Below are positions 35,241 to 49,600 of a stretch of 64,000 bases of DNA, in pieces (within the stretch, counting starts at the first letter, position 1; each line of letters starts with the position of its first letter). The translations under genes and the position numbers were made by a program. Source of the stretch: Saccostrea echinata (taxonomy: Eukaryota); assembly GCF_033153115.1 (NCBI RefSeq), contig NW_026889779.1:13268001-13332000 (forward strand). Direction: 5' to 3'. Below the pieces are notes generated by a model. It did no database searches and had not been told where the DNA came from. It was given only the letters and a program-made list of their open reading frames with translations.

Positions 35241-38200
35241 TAAGTATTAGAGTGATTGATTTTGTAATTGACCGCTACTTTCGGTTTTAACATTCACCAC
35301 CTGTCCCATGACAACTACACACCTATGGTTGACATTGTGTAGCCTACATATCATACACACACCTGTTACACTTATAGAGATACCCGGCGTACCTGGGGAT
35401 TGTATTACATATTATATTTTAAAAATAATAAAACTGATTTTTTTAACCAGGTTTTAATGATTTTTACTGATTATGAGACACCGTTTGGTTTTTAACAGCC
35501 TAATAACTTTAGTGAAGGTGTTGTTTTTGCTGCTTTATGTTCAAAAAATGAAATGTTTAATTCATAATATGCTATGTATTCTCCTAGTAGTTTCTTTGAG
35601 TACACATGGGAATAACAAAGTCACTTCCAAAGAGTAGCAACTGTATATATATATACCTACTTTTTTCCTATTTAGAAAATATTATATAAAATGTAATACG
35701 TACAACAAATCCTACATGAACTCTTAAATTTCCTCTTTTCCTTGCAGTTGCTGTACAGTTGTATTAAGAAAAACGCATTGCAATCATGGACCTAAATCCT
35801 TCTCGAAGAACTTTCTAATATTATACATTCTGCGTTGAACATTCTGTCTCAGAATCTGAGTTGGCAATGCCAAACGGTTATCAAGTATGTGAAAATTAGG
35901 TTAATAAAATTCTTCCTCCTGAAGATAAACTCACTGACAGTGTATTGTTTACCTGGAAGTTAAATTTGAATGTTAAACAATGCTTGCAATGTTAATTAAC
36001 TACCAGTAGTTATTTTAAATACAGTGTTGAAAAAAAAAGATTCCATTTTGAACAAGTATCAACTATCATTATAGTTTCTAATTTTCTGATAGATGGGGGA
36101 GGGGGGGGTATGCAGATGTGGGGTGGAAGGGGTTTAAAATTCTTTACAATAATTAAATTAAAATTTATGATTTAGCACTTGAATGATAAGATAAAAAGAT
36201 AATTAAGAGTTATTTTATAGTTTCAATTTATAGGTTATTTGTACACATTGTACATATAAGCCAATTGAATAGGGTTTCAATGATGAAATAAAATTTTAAA
36301 GAATTATGTGTCTTTGCAAATTATCATCAGTATTTCTATGTAACACATCAGGATAGAGAGACAAGCAATTTTGTATGGTATATCATTCTGAAGTGTCGGT
36401 GATAAACATGAACACAGATGGCCAAGCTGTGCCTCTATAAGTATTGATTGGTGTAGATGGAGTACAGTCCGTCCCGCTCTAGAACTGTGTGAATGTATTG
36501 AACATCTTGACAAAGCTTGCATCTCTTTGTTTTCCTCTGTAAATTATTGATGAAATAACTAATAAGTCCCAGAATGAACCTATATGGCTAATGCTCACAA
36601 GTTAGTTAATAGCAAACTATATTTGCTAATAAAAAAAATGATTTCACTATGCAAGTGATTGTTGAAGATTAATTTTGGAAAGAGAATTTCCAGCTAAGGG
36701 ATTTGCAAATGGAAAAATGCAACTACAGGCTTCTACATATGATAACACACTGCTACTTTGAAAAAAATCATAGGATATGTTATAAACAGAAGGAATTAAG
36801 ATGGCTTTGATGGTAAATCCAGAATTACTCTTTTCATGATCTGTCCCTGTTGTAAAACATTTTGTTTATTATTTCTTGTCCCCATTTGTACAACGTTATG
36901 TCCCATACAGTCTGAAGTGAAGTTTGATGGATTTCTCCTTGGCAAGTTAATGAAAAATTATCAAATCCTGAAATGATTTTTCAATCCACAATGTTAAAAG
37001 AATAAATGTCTGGCATGCCACCAAAATGATTCTATAAAATATCCTAATGTTTAGCCAAATATTGTTCAATAATATGTCTAGTTGAAATTTAATTCCAATA
37101 CCATCAAAGGCTAGGTATGATATTTTTAACCTTACTTTATGAGGAAGAATTTTACCAATGTTATGAACCCGTTTGATGTATTTGTAATTTTTTGGGGAGC
37201 CCTTTAATGCCTGCCAGGTATAAATGCCTGAGGTTGTGCCACCCCATTTAAAAGTCATGTTTTTTGCCACAATCTTTCAAAAAAGGTTTGACAAGTTCAA
37301 CGATTTGTCATTGATACTGTAATGGAAGTGATTAACAAGAGAACAGGTAAAATATAAGTTCTCTGTCTTGTACAGATAGTGAGGACATCCTTTAGTCCTC
37401 CGGCTTGTACGATGATTTAGATTTTGAATTTCTAAATGTTGACCATCAATTTAAAGTTATGAATATATGTTGGTATGTACTCAGCTGTTCGTTTTATAGT
37501 AATTCACTATAAATGCCATTGTACATCTGTTAATATATGTATTTTTAAATGTATTCATATAATAAATTTTATTAAATAGGTTCATTGACATGTGTAGTGT
37601 ATAGAATGTTAAAAAAATATTAAATCTGAGCAAGTAAACTTTTAATCATACCATTTAGATGTAATTTTCTTTCATTAGATTTTAGCGTATCCATGTTCAA
37701 TTATTGATATACCTTCTAAGTGTGAAAAGTATTTAAATACCTTCTGTGTAATATAAAGACTTAAAAGGAAGTACATATTCTCCTTCAAAAATGCACTGAG
37801 TAAAAAAACTGACCACACCCTTCTGTAATATAATCAGAAAATTTTAAGAAAAAGAAAGATTTAACAAATGTTAAGATAAAGTGCTTTGTCATGGGGTTAT
37901 GCAACATAGTACCAGTTAGGTTATGCTGTTTTGTGGAATTTGGTCAGAAGGACCACAACAGAGATTAGAAACTAGTGTCAATATTTTTGCTTTCTTGAGA
38001 GCCCTATGCTTGTGAGGAAAAGCAATATGTGTATTGGGTAATATCAGGTGACAAAGGTATAAAATAAACATCAGATTACCATGTTCACTTAATACTTACT
38101 GACTTTCTGCCCTGACAAAAAGTTAACTGTACATTATCTGCCATATGTTCTGACTTCAAGCTATAATTATTTATACTTTTTTTATGATCTATTTGAATCA

Positions 38201-38524
38201 TGTTATCTAGTGATTACACAGGCATACTGCACTAAGTGCACACCCCTTGTGATGTACAACATGGGAAAATGCAGAGTCACACAAACAAATTTTTTATAGA
38301 TAAAGTGGTGCATATATTATTGTATGACATGCAGTACGTGTTGCAGCCTTTAATATTTCTTTTTATGTAGAGATTTCAATTCAATTTACTTTGTTTTATC
38401 TTCAATCTTTTGCAGAAACCATGTAAGGAACTGCCTGTGTATGTGTGCTGTGGGTGAACTTTTAGTCAAGCAGGATTACAAGAATGTAGCCAGCATTAAT
38501 AAACAATAAAAGCATTAACCAAAT

Positions 38525-41500
38525 ATGGCATCAGGTTCTGAAGACATTGCAGCTGCCTCTGCCTCACAGCCAGAGGATGGTAAGGGTTTTTATTTCAAAT
38601 GATTTCTTTGTTAATAAGGAAACACTGCAGAAAATATACCTAGCACGACAGAAGTGGGTTATACACTGTACATATAATTTTTTTTTTCTGAAATGATCGT
38701 CAACAGTTAATTCCCAATAAACAAAGAAAGAAAGACATTTTATTAATTAAATTTATATCTAGCTTAAAATTACAACTGCAAAATTTTACTGAATACCATG
38801 TATTTATATTGGGTTAGTCTAATGTGTGGTAAATTTTGCCTTAAAATGACAGTACGGCACATCTCATAAAAAAAATGACTTGATAAAATTTTCCGACAAG
38901 ATTTGGAATTTTTTTTACTACTCATAAATGTATAAACTTTCAGAAAATTACAACTTTCATAATTAAATAATTTGGATTATTTCATTAAAATTAATAGTTA
39001 TTTATGGGACATGAATATATACATGGCAACGTGTTCGGGGTTCCACAATCCATGCTATGTGCGCATGCGTAGTTATCATAAACAAAACAGCATGGTAAGA
39101 GAGGGAAGCCCAGTAGGCTGCTACATTGACAAAGTCGACCAAAAAGAAACTGAAAATAGAGCTTGAAAAATTAGTTTGGGGATTAATGTAATTGTTTGAT
39201 AAGGAAGAAATGGGAACTCGATGACACTCATGCAGGGTTCGCAAAGGTTCTACTCAACAGGTTTGTTGATACTTGTTATCATTTCTCATTTTTCCATTGC
39301 TTTCAAAGAAAAAAAATAGTGTAAACTCAACATAAAAATACACCTATGACTTATGAACATTGTTGCCATTTGAAGTGCTAATTTTTTTAACTGTGCAGAA
39401 AAATATTTTGTTTGACATTTGCTGTGATAATGTATGATTTGGTGGTTTTTCCTTTCTCGGACCCCAATACACAAAATGTCAACATTTGTACTTTTAATTC
39501 TGTTAAATTCGCCAGAAAGCAGACTAAAATCTTTACGATTATTATTTTAGATTATTTTATCAGAAAGTTATGATAATTTGCTTTTGAAAATTGCTTTTAC
39601 CTCATATTCATTTTAATTGTAAACTCTACAGTGTAGGCACGTGCCGTTTTAGAATTCACGTGGTACAAATAAACAGACTAAGATTGCTCCAGTTCGTATG
39701 ACCCTTGATTTTCCGGCAGATTCTAATTACGTTAATTTTGTATGAGGAGAGAATATATCTGTTTCTCAAACTGCTTACATCAACTTTATACCTTATTTCT
39801 TAATGATATATTGGGTAAATTTGAATGAAAAAGCACACGTTTTGCAGCTGTACTGTCGCTTTAAAGTTGAACAGGTTGGAGAGAATACTCGAAATCGGGT
39901 ATTATCCGTGAAATCGCGTCTAGTCCCTGAAATCGGGGTATCGTTGTATCCGCGAAATCGGGTATAGGCGGTGTAATTACTTTATAAAACTTAAACAATG
40001 GGATGGCACATTTTACCGAGTCAATTTTCATCTAGAGATGAATGTTATCTTAAGGTATCACTAGCCAATTAATGATCTGGAAGTCTTATTTATTGCGCAT
40101 ATGACAACAAATACCCGTGGATCCTCGTGCATTTCATGATCTTTACCCAGAGGCGTTCGTTCTGCTTTATATTTTTTATAATGTTAAAAGTATTTGCAAC
40201 TTCTTCAAAGTCATACCCAACACAACAAAACTGTAAAATATCCAAAGTCGGGAATTTATAATATTTCCACATCAATACGACAAACATGAACATTTTGTAA
40301 ATAACTCAAATTATACGGAAACACATTTCACACACTAAATAATGTCACGTGTGAACAGGGGACTGTCTATCGTATCCAATTATGCGTCATTAATTGCTTT
40401 CACATTCATCTTGTGCATAAAATCAAATTTATTATAAAATGTATAAACTATTTTATGGTAAAGATGTTTCAAATAACGGCTAAAAATCCAATATAATACT
40501 TACATGCGTACTCTTTTTTTGGGGGGGGGGGGGGGGGGGGGGTCACGAATCTATTTTCATGAGTTGGTTTTTTTATCATTTACATATATACATATTTGCA
40601 GAATAGCATTCTTTCCATATATATCTTGTATATGTACATGTACCAGTACATATGCTTTACAAAAAGAGAATGACAAATAATGGTAATTAAAAAAAATATT
40701 AAAATTTCCTTAGGATTCAACATGCCTCCAACGTTTTAGCAACGACAACGATGTTCTTAGCAACACAGCTTGTGAGAGAAAATAACTATTGATCGTTTAA
40801 TTTTGCTGAGTCGGCAATATTTTACCATTTTTCGGCGATTTCGGGGGGTTGTTATTACTGATTACTAGGGAAAAATTCATTTTTCAATTATTTCTTGTCC
40901 GATCGCAACTACCTGGCCCATCTCAGACAAGCAAAAAACGACTTCAAATGTGTTATGCATGTGTCCCAGGGACACCCCTGTTCAGAGTAATTAAAAAAAA
41001 ATATTTAAAAAATTTCATTGCAGAGTTTGGTGCTAAACGTCATTGAATGTTATATATTCATTGCATGATAAAGGGGGAAGATCTGTTCAACTAATAAAAA
41101 TCATATTCCCTATATTGCCCTTTTGAGTGAATAGAATTCTTCATATCTCCAATACATTCATGCAGTAATTGCTTATATACCAAAACAATACGAGGTTAAA
41201 ATAGCAACCTGTTATTTTCTACCATGTACAACAAGTATTGAAAATAGCTAAATATAATGATGAAAAGAATAGAAAAAAGACAGTGAGTTATGAAGTTTTA
41301 TTTTCATGACGCGTGACATACTGTCTAGAACCAAACAATGTGTTTTGTAAAATATTATAATAAGGTAGAATAAAGCGATATACCATAAACTATACTACAA
41401 AAGGGAAAATCTACCCTGTCTATCCAATATTTTAATAAAAAAAGGAAGTGGCTCCAATTTGTATGAAATTTTAATATCCGATGAGGAATTACATTCGAGG

Positions 41501-44500
41501 TTCCATTTCAGTTCATAATTATTTTCAAAATAAGATATGTGGAAACTTTAATTTAAAATTCATTTTTGAATATTAGCTCTATATTGAGAATGAATCCGAA
41601 TTGGATTTTTTATTTATATGAACTCCCCCCCCCCCCCCCCCCCAGCCAAAAAAATCCTTTTAACATGACTTCTTGCTCTCAATTTCCACACATACAGGTA
41701 AAGTAACATCGCTTGCATCGATCAAAATGCAAGCAAAACATTGAATGTGTCTTTGAATGAAATTTTCCATGCTAAATTGACATTAATTTGTTTTCTGAAA
41801 AAATTAGGGCCTCCTCTTTTCCCGCGGGAATTGCAGGACTGCGATGCATACATACATCATAGGAAGAACTGATGATTTTACTACGTAATCTTTACTTTAC
41901 CTATATATCAATACATATGACAGTGTTAGTAGTTAAATTTCTTCAAAGTTTTACATTTTGTGAATAATGCACGAATTAGGAAATTAAGCTTGAGGAATAA
42001 TTTATTGGGAAATAAACACAAACGACATGTAGTTATTTGTTTTTAGAAATTAAACACTGTATATATTTTTAAAAATCTATTTAAGTACATATATATACAT
42101 ATTAAAATTTGTTTCATATTATATCATTTTTCGACCTGCTTTCCCATATGTTCTTTTTTTTTTTTTTTTTTTTAAACATTTATTTTATTTTCCCCTTACG
42201 ATAACATTGGCTTTCTATATCGATGAGAAATACTTACCAACTGAGGAATAATGTTAATTTAACGTGAAAGGGGCACCATACTTTTCTAAGTAAAAATAAC
42301 ATAACACTGCGTTAGTCGTTAAAGGATCATTCTCTATAAGGCCGTTTTGCGGCCTACAATGACTTCAAATTTTCAAATAGTATTTTTTCCCTTAAAAACT
42401 ACATGAATCAGTAGGCTAATGTTCCAAATTAATGATAAATGTTGCTTGGTTAATGATACAATAGTATTTGCTATGATATAGGGTCACAAAGTAAGGTACT
42501 ATCTGTCCGTATTAGCATTAGGGTAATGGGAAAACTCAAGAGGGTGGGTGTGTTAGGTAACTCCTACACATGTCATAACCACCTTTAACCAACACCAAAA
42601 TTTGCATGTAAATTTCTTATAAACATAAAAAGTGACTACCAAATTATGAACTTGGTTAAAGGTGGTTATGACATGTAAATAAAAACTTTTCGCTTCATTT
42701 TTACGATATTTGCAGGAAAAGCTAACTACTCACAATTATGAAGGATGTCAGCTTATGTAGATTATTTTTTATTATAAACTTTCAGTTAGAGTACATGTTT
42801 CTGTTGATTTACTAAGAATTAATATAAGCAATGCATGATTACTAAAAAAATATCAAATTTTTACTTTAAAAAAATCTAAAATCAAAGGACTGAAAAGACT
42901 GGATGTTATGAAATTACACGTGGAGACAAGTCTCATTGAACTCTCTGCTAGAAATAAAGAAAAAAAAACTTTCTTTATAGACTATAAGGTGTGAATATGT
43001 TATTTACTATAATTATTATTATTTATAATGATAGTTTTTTATCTATGCTACTTCTTTGTATTTTATACTTCCTTAGGACTACTGCCTATCTGTTAGTTCT
43101 AGAAACGATAAGAGCTATCTTTGTTGTAGCGGGAAGATGCATTTGCTATTTGTGTTATCAACTTTTTTTTTCTATGGGTACACTTGTAACTTTATAGATA
43201 GGGAATTACTGATGGGATGGTTTAATAATGGGACTTCTCGCCTCGACCTTTTAGAAGGACACTTTTCCGTATTAGGGACATAGGATCCATGTATTTTGTT
43301 AACTGGGTGTTGAGAGGACTCAATCTGTTCATCACACATCTTTGGTAGCATCAATATAACTTACTAGAACAGCAGTTCTGTCTTAGAAAATAAAATGCCG
43401 AGGAGAGGGGTTCCGTAATGTCACATTTGATTGATAATTGAATGTTGCTTTACGCCATTTTAGAATTTTTTACCCAGATAAAGAGATCATCCACTTTAGG
43501 TTAAATGTCACAATTTTGATTTATGCATGGTTTCATTATTGACCAACACCTGCCGTGGGACGGGACCTTCTTTTTTAAGATGATATCCAAAAGACCCATG
43601 ACTTTTACTTTTAATGCTGAGGACTTAGCAAGGGAACTGTCACTACTCGTGTTAAACACTTCAGTTTCTGACACGGCACTGGGAAAGAGAATTTAATCCT
43701 CAGGTTCAAGAGTGCGAAAAGAGTGTCAAACTCTTGGACCCATTTTGTACCTGGGATGTTGTAGAACTCTATTTAGTCCATGGATATACTAAAACTTAAT
43801 TTTGATATGCGTAGTGGAAAAAACTGTTGAAAATCTACTTCATTTTATGGAGTGCCGTTAGAAAGGGGGGGGGGGGGGGGGCAGAGACTCGACTTTTTTA
43901 TATACATTTGTGTATTATAGGTTAGATAGCATTTTTCATTAAATATATTGTTTTACATGTGTAATTAATGAAATCAAAGCAATTCTTACGATGTTATTTC
44001 ATTTTACGTAGATATATATATTTAATACAACCATTCTGAGTTTTATGTACTGACTATGTATATGAATAGTCAACATGTACTTGCATGAATATTTTCATCC
44101 TGTAAATTAATGAATTCTTTATTTTTTGTTAATGTAGAATTTTTTATTTATTAATTGCAACTTAATTTTTATTTAATCACAAACAAAATCCATTCAATGC
44201 TTTCAACATTTGATACAAACTTTTATAGTTGAATAGAAACTTAGAAAACTCATTTCTTACATGGGCATTTTCTGCGTAAAATAGGTACCACATCTATAGA
44301 AACAATACACAATTACAGTATATACATATATGAAATAATACTTTTAATTAAATGCTAATTAAATATTTTTCAACATCATACGGTGTGCATTTTGAAAAAA
44401 AATTCATTCAAAATATGCAAAATGTAAATGCATCAAAATTTTTGTCATAAAAGATATCTTAAGCCTTAAATTAAACAATCTTTGCATTTATTACTCAAGT

Positions 44501-46636
44501 CTGATATGTTTCCGACATATATAAACAATTTTTGATCATTTAAATTTAGAAACATGCATAGAAACTTGATGTAAATAGACCTACCCTCAGTTTTTCTTTA
44601 ATTGACGGCCATTTGTGATCTCTAAATCACGTGACTTAGGTGATCGATGTTGAAAAACAAACATCAAAATTATGAAATAGAATGATTAAAGTTACATAAA
44701 ATCACATTTTTAAGTGATTTTATCGTAGGCCGGAAAATGGCCTTATAGAGAATCATCCTTTCTACAAAGTTTTACATTTTGTGAATAATACATGAGTTAG
44801 GAAATTAAGCTTGCGGAATAATATATTGGGAAATAAACACAAACGACGTGTAATTATGTATTTTTAGAAATTGTATTGAAAAAAAATGACGCTACTGTGT
44901 TTTCTGTGCTACCCCAGCAGTGTTTGTCGTGTGATTTCAAACTTGTCAGACAACCATATAAATTGGATTCGATAAAAATAAATCCCCAATATACTGAGGT
45001 ACATGTAACACTAACTGACATTATGCGCCGTGGTTTAAATTTTTTGCTGTTACAGAAAGTTGCACGGGATACCCGATTTCGCAGATTCAATGATACCCTG
45101 ATATCGGGGAGTATACACGATTTCACGGATAATACCCGATTTCAAGTATTCTCTCCAACCTATTGAACATTGAAAGATCAAGAAGTCATTTATCCATATC
45201 CATGATTATTTAAAAATCCAATGATGTTTAGTCTTACTTCATTGGACAAAATTTTATTCCCCTTATCAAAAAGAAGTCTGATTAAGAGCAGTTGATTAAT
45301 TTACACTGATATTAGAATCACTAATGAAGTCTTCTTTGCATTTAAAAAAAAAAACTGATAGCAGAACTTGCTCCACATTTTGATTTACATGTATGTGTTT
45401 GTAAAGTGTAGGCGGGAGTAGAGAGTTAACATTCGTAGTTCTTTATAGCAATTTACTGTGTGTGGTAAGAAATTGTAATCTTTAACCATTTAACATTAAT
45501 GGTTTGAACTAAGAGTTTCTAATTAGCATGATTACAGCATATTAGAGTTTTTCTCTGTTGATGATCAGGTAATTACAGATTCAGCATACCTAATCTTTTT
45601 CATGTTTTCCCCCGTCTGTGACTGGAATTAAATTCAGTCTTAATTGCCAGTGTGAGCTTACAGATAAAAGCTAATTATTCTTTAGCTAAGGAATCTCTAT
45701 ATTGTGACTTAATTCATTTATCAGTTCCAGCTCACCACATTCACGAGCTATAGTTCCTCTGTCACCATGTATTACTGTGTCTTCTGCGACTTCTGCTGCT
45801 GGTCATAAACAAAAGCAGCTTCTCCTATGAAACTGCTGAAACAGGCCCAGCATTTTTCACTGTAACATTTTTCAATTTTGTAAGAGACATATTTTGTAAT
45901 GAACAGAAAAAAACACTTGTAAAATTTGGTGTCAAATCACTTTGTCTCTCTGTATGTAACGGTATATTAATTGTGACAGGATTACTCAAACAGGTTACAT
46001 TATTGATCATAAGATAAAGACACTTGATATAAATTTTTGGTCCATCTCTCTGTCAAAACTTTTGTTGTGATGCATTAACTCAAATATTTTTCATATTCAT
46101 AATGTTTTTCAATTTACACACAAATTTTTTATATAAAAAAAGACATGCACCTATAAATTTTGGAATTGTGTAATGCTTTTACTGTATATATGCATATATG
46201 TTGTAATATATATCTATCATGACATAATAACTCAAACAGTTTTTATTGTAACAATTTCAAATTTAAAAAAGAAGTATTTCATTATTAGAAAAAACACATA
46301 TTTTATAGTCATATTATTTTGTCTGTTTGTTTGTAATATGTACATGTATATCTGTATGTTTTTACAACCTTAGGCCAAATAAAAAAATATGTGTGGTTCT
46401 GGTTACCCGACCTTCCCTATTTTATACCCCCGACCCTAAACTTTTTTTTGGCAATTTTCATATTTTTTCCGGAATTTCCCCCGATTTCCATCAATGGTTC
46501 CAGTTTAAGTTTTAGTTTCAGCAATGACGGCCTCCTTGCAAAACATAGTGCAAGTGTTTAATAGTGTTAAATCCAAAGCAAGCTAGCATGTAGGTGTCCC
46601 TAGCTGCAATAATGTAGCCCTCTCCAATTTTTTTTT

Positions 46637-46667
<31 letters not shown>

Positions 46668-49600
46668 GGGGGAGAGGGCTACAACTCCTTAGGATCTCCG
46701 TAATGGTGCAAGTGCGGGAGTGATTCACTACTGCACAGATTTCGGCTCAAATTATCAGTAAGTGGGTATTTTATTAACATATCTTACCTGAACTCATAAA
46801 ATGTAGTTATGCAGGACATGAATTGATCCAAAAATATAAAGAACAATCCGTATATCGGTTAATTTTCGTGTATGTCAACATCACAACTTGAATTTATCCG
46901 CCATGTTTACCTTGACTTTGATCGATTTTATTTTTGGACAACCAATGAGAATTTGGGATCTAGGGGAGCGGATCTGTATGGATTTCCCTTATTATAAGCA
47001 TAAATATCACTGTTTATGATAAAAATATCATGTGGAATGCTTTTATTTATCGATGTTTAGTTATATCATACAACACAAACATTTATCAACACCGACATTT
47101 ACATTATCAAGTGATTCTAAATTTCAAGCGCAAGTCTCAGTACATCACGCGAGAACTGTCATGGCTGCTGAGGTGAACGACTGGAAAACACGCAGATTTA
47201 TTTTACTTGGTTTTCACGTATAAAGGGCTATGATGTTGATAGTGAATAAAAATTCCGTCTTATTGGAAGTAAGTTGAATGCAAAAACAATTTATTTTGCC
47301 TGCAGTCGCCCGTATCTGAAAAATATATTTGCACCATTACGGAGATGCAGTGGAATTGTAGCCCTGTCCTGAAAATGTCAGATTAAAAAAAATCGGAGAG
47401 GGCTACATTATTGCAGCTAAGGTGTCCCCTACCAATATTGACTAGTATATTATCACACCACATCTAAATGCCATTTGCAAAGCAGTGATGGGTATTATTT
47501 AGAAAAAAATTAAGAAAATCATTTTGTTAAAAAAAAAAAAAAAATCCCTACCTACCTACCCTAATTTTTTTGGAAGTGTAACCGGAACCACACATATTTT
47601 TTTATTTGGCCTTATATGCAGTGTTGTATAAATGGAAGTAGAGTGCAATGCAAGAGTATTACAAAAAAGTAACTCGAAGACATATATGTACTGTACATGA
47701 TTGATTTTCCATGTCACCCTCATGTGCTATTTTATTCAAAACATTTAAAGTACAGTTGTGACTTTCCTGTGACAGCTGCTGCTCTCAGCAGGGCCCTCTC
47801 TGACATATTTATAATTGTTACTAATTGTAGCAGGTTTATGTGATTGGTCCATGTACCAAAATATTTAGGATCCTAGATCCTCTGTGCTCCTGGTCAGTGG
47901 ACATCAAGCATATTATCTGTTTACATTTTAAATGATAATCAGCAATGTGATTTTTACCATCAAAAACTATGAAATTCATGTCACTGAGACCAGGATTTGG
48001 ACTCATTATACCAAGCAGTGATCCCTCTATCTTCTGCTCCAAATGCCTCATGTAGGCCTTAGGGTGGGACTAAGTTACTGGTATATGAGGGGACGTTATT
48101 ATTGAGGGGGCACAAGCATATAGCAGCTATGTTTCCTATAGTATTCTATATATCGACAAAATTATTGGGGGCGGGGCACAAACCCCCCCTCCCCCCCACC
48201 CCCATGTCCCCCCCTTCCCGGTTCCTACGGCCATGCAGATGAATAATAAAATCTTTAAATAATTAATAAAATCTTTTACTGTTCATTTAGCAAGTAAAAT
48301 AATATATGTACATGTAATGCAATATTATAAAGTCATTAAAGAGCAGTGATTCCATATGTCACTGCCAAATATGAAATTCTTGTCTCCTGTGTCCATTTAT
48401 CAAATTGTCAGACTAGGTAAAAGGCAGCATTGGTCATGTATTAAAAAGGAATTCAATTAAAAATCTTCTTGTCTTTTGACATACAGGTATCAGCAGACAA
48501 ATTGATCTGTTAAATATGTAATATTTTTCCTTTCTATGGAACCTAATGGACAACGATAAATTACATATATTTGACAACCCATATGATGCAGTATGCTTTT
48601 AACAGAATCTTTAAAATTTAGGACCCTTCAGTGTAACTTGAGAGTTGAGATGCTGACATAGATACATTTATTGTTTTCTAAATAGTTCTGATCATAGGTT
48701 TAAGTTTTAATCAAAATTTTGCTTAATGTATATACAATGTAATGGTAAAGAAAATAATATTTATTCTTTTGCATTTATTTGTTTTAATGAAAGAAAAAAA
48801 ATCTGTGAAATCTCCATGATTGATTTTGTTGATGCATTACAGATATTAATTTATTTCAGAGCATAAAGAAAAGAAGAAAAAGTCTGGTCGTCTGGGAAGA
48901 ATGTGGAAATTGATCACTGGCTCAAGAAAGTCAACAAAGTCTAAAGAATCGGTGAAGGCCAAATCTACAGGAGCTCTGCATCAGAACCCAGGGCTGACAG
49001 AGGATGACGATGAAGGCGGGTAAGGTTCGGTGCTGCTGTTACATGTTATGACATCATCAGAAATCTGCAGTCAGTATCCCATATCCTTAAATAGGAAGCA
49101 TAGACAAGATTGACTGTGGTTTTCGAACAATGATGTTATGTAGGAAACCTCATTGTAGCTAATCCTAGTCATTAGCATGACCTATGGCTATTTGTTTTGC
49201 CTTGGAATAGAATGATACTCTGTCATTTGGTAACAGATGTCACATGTCAGTATTTCTTTGGACGGTGAGTAGCAAAATTTGCAGAAACTGATGGTAATAT
49301 TTTTATAACCTTTTATACCCCCCCCACTGCTTTAAATGTGTGGTACATGTATATATATATGTATATGTAGGGGTGTATAGCAATGGGGGTGATCGCCCGT
49401 CTGTCTGTCTGCCCATCTGTCTCTATGTCTGCCTGTACGTTACGCTTTGGGGTACCCATCTCTTTTCCACGACTCCTTCTATACCATTGAATGAAATTTA
49501 CCGAGACATTCACAGAATCTTTGTTACATAGTGCAATTGTGCACCTCCATTTTTACTTTTTGATCAGACATATTATTTGGGTTTCCCATAGCAAAACGTA

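Noticed and set aside
46628-46672. Long poly-T/poly-G tracts (also near 3663, 11000, 40520 and 41625) as functional G-quadruplexes
   Set aside because: They are mostly TE-associated homopolymers whose lengths are unreliable, and nothing else supports a function.
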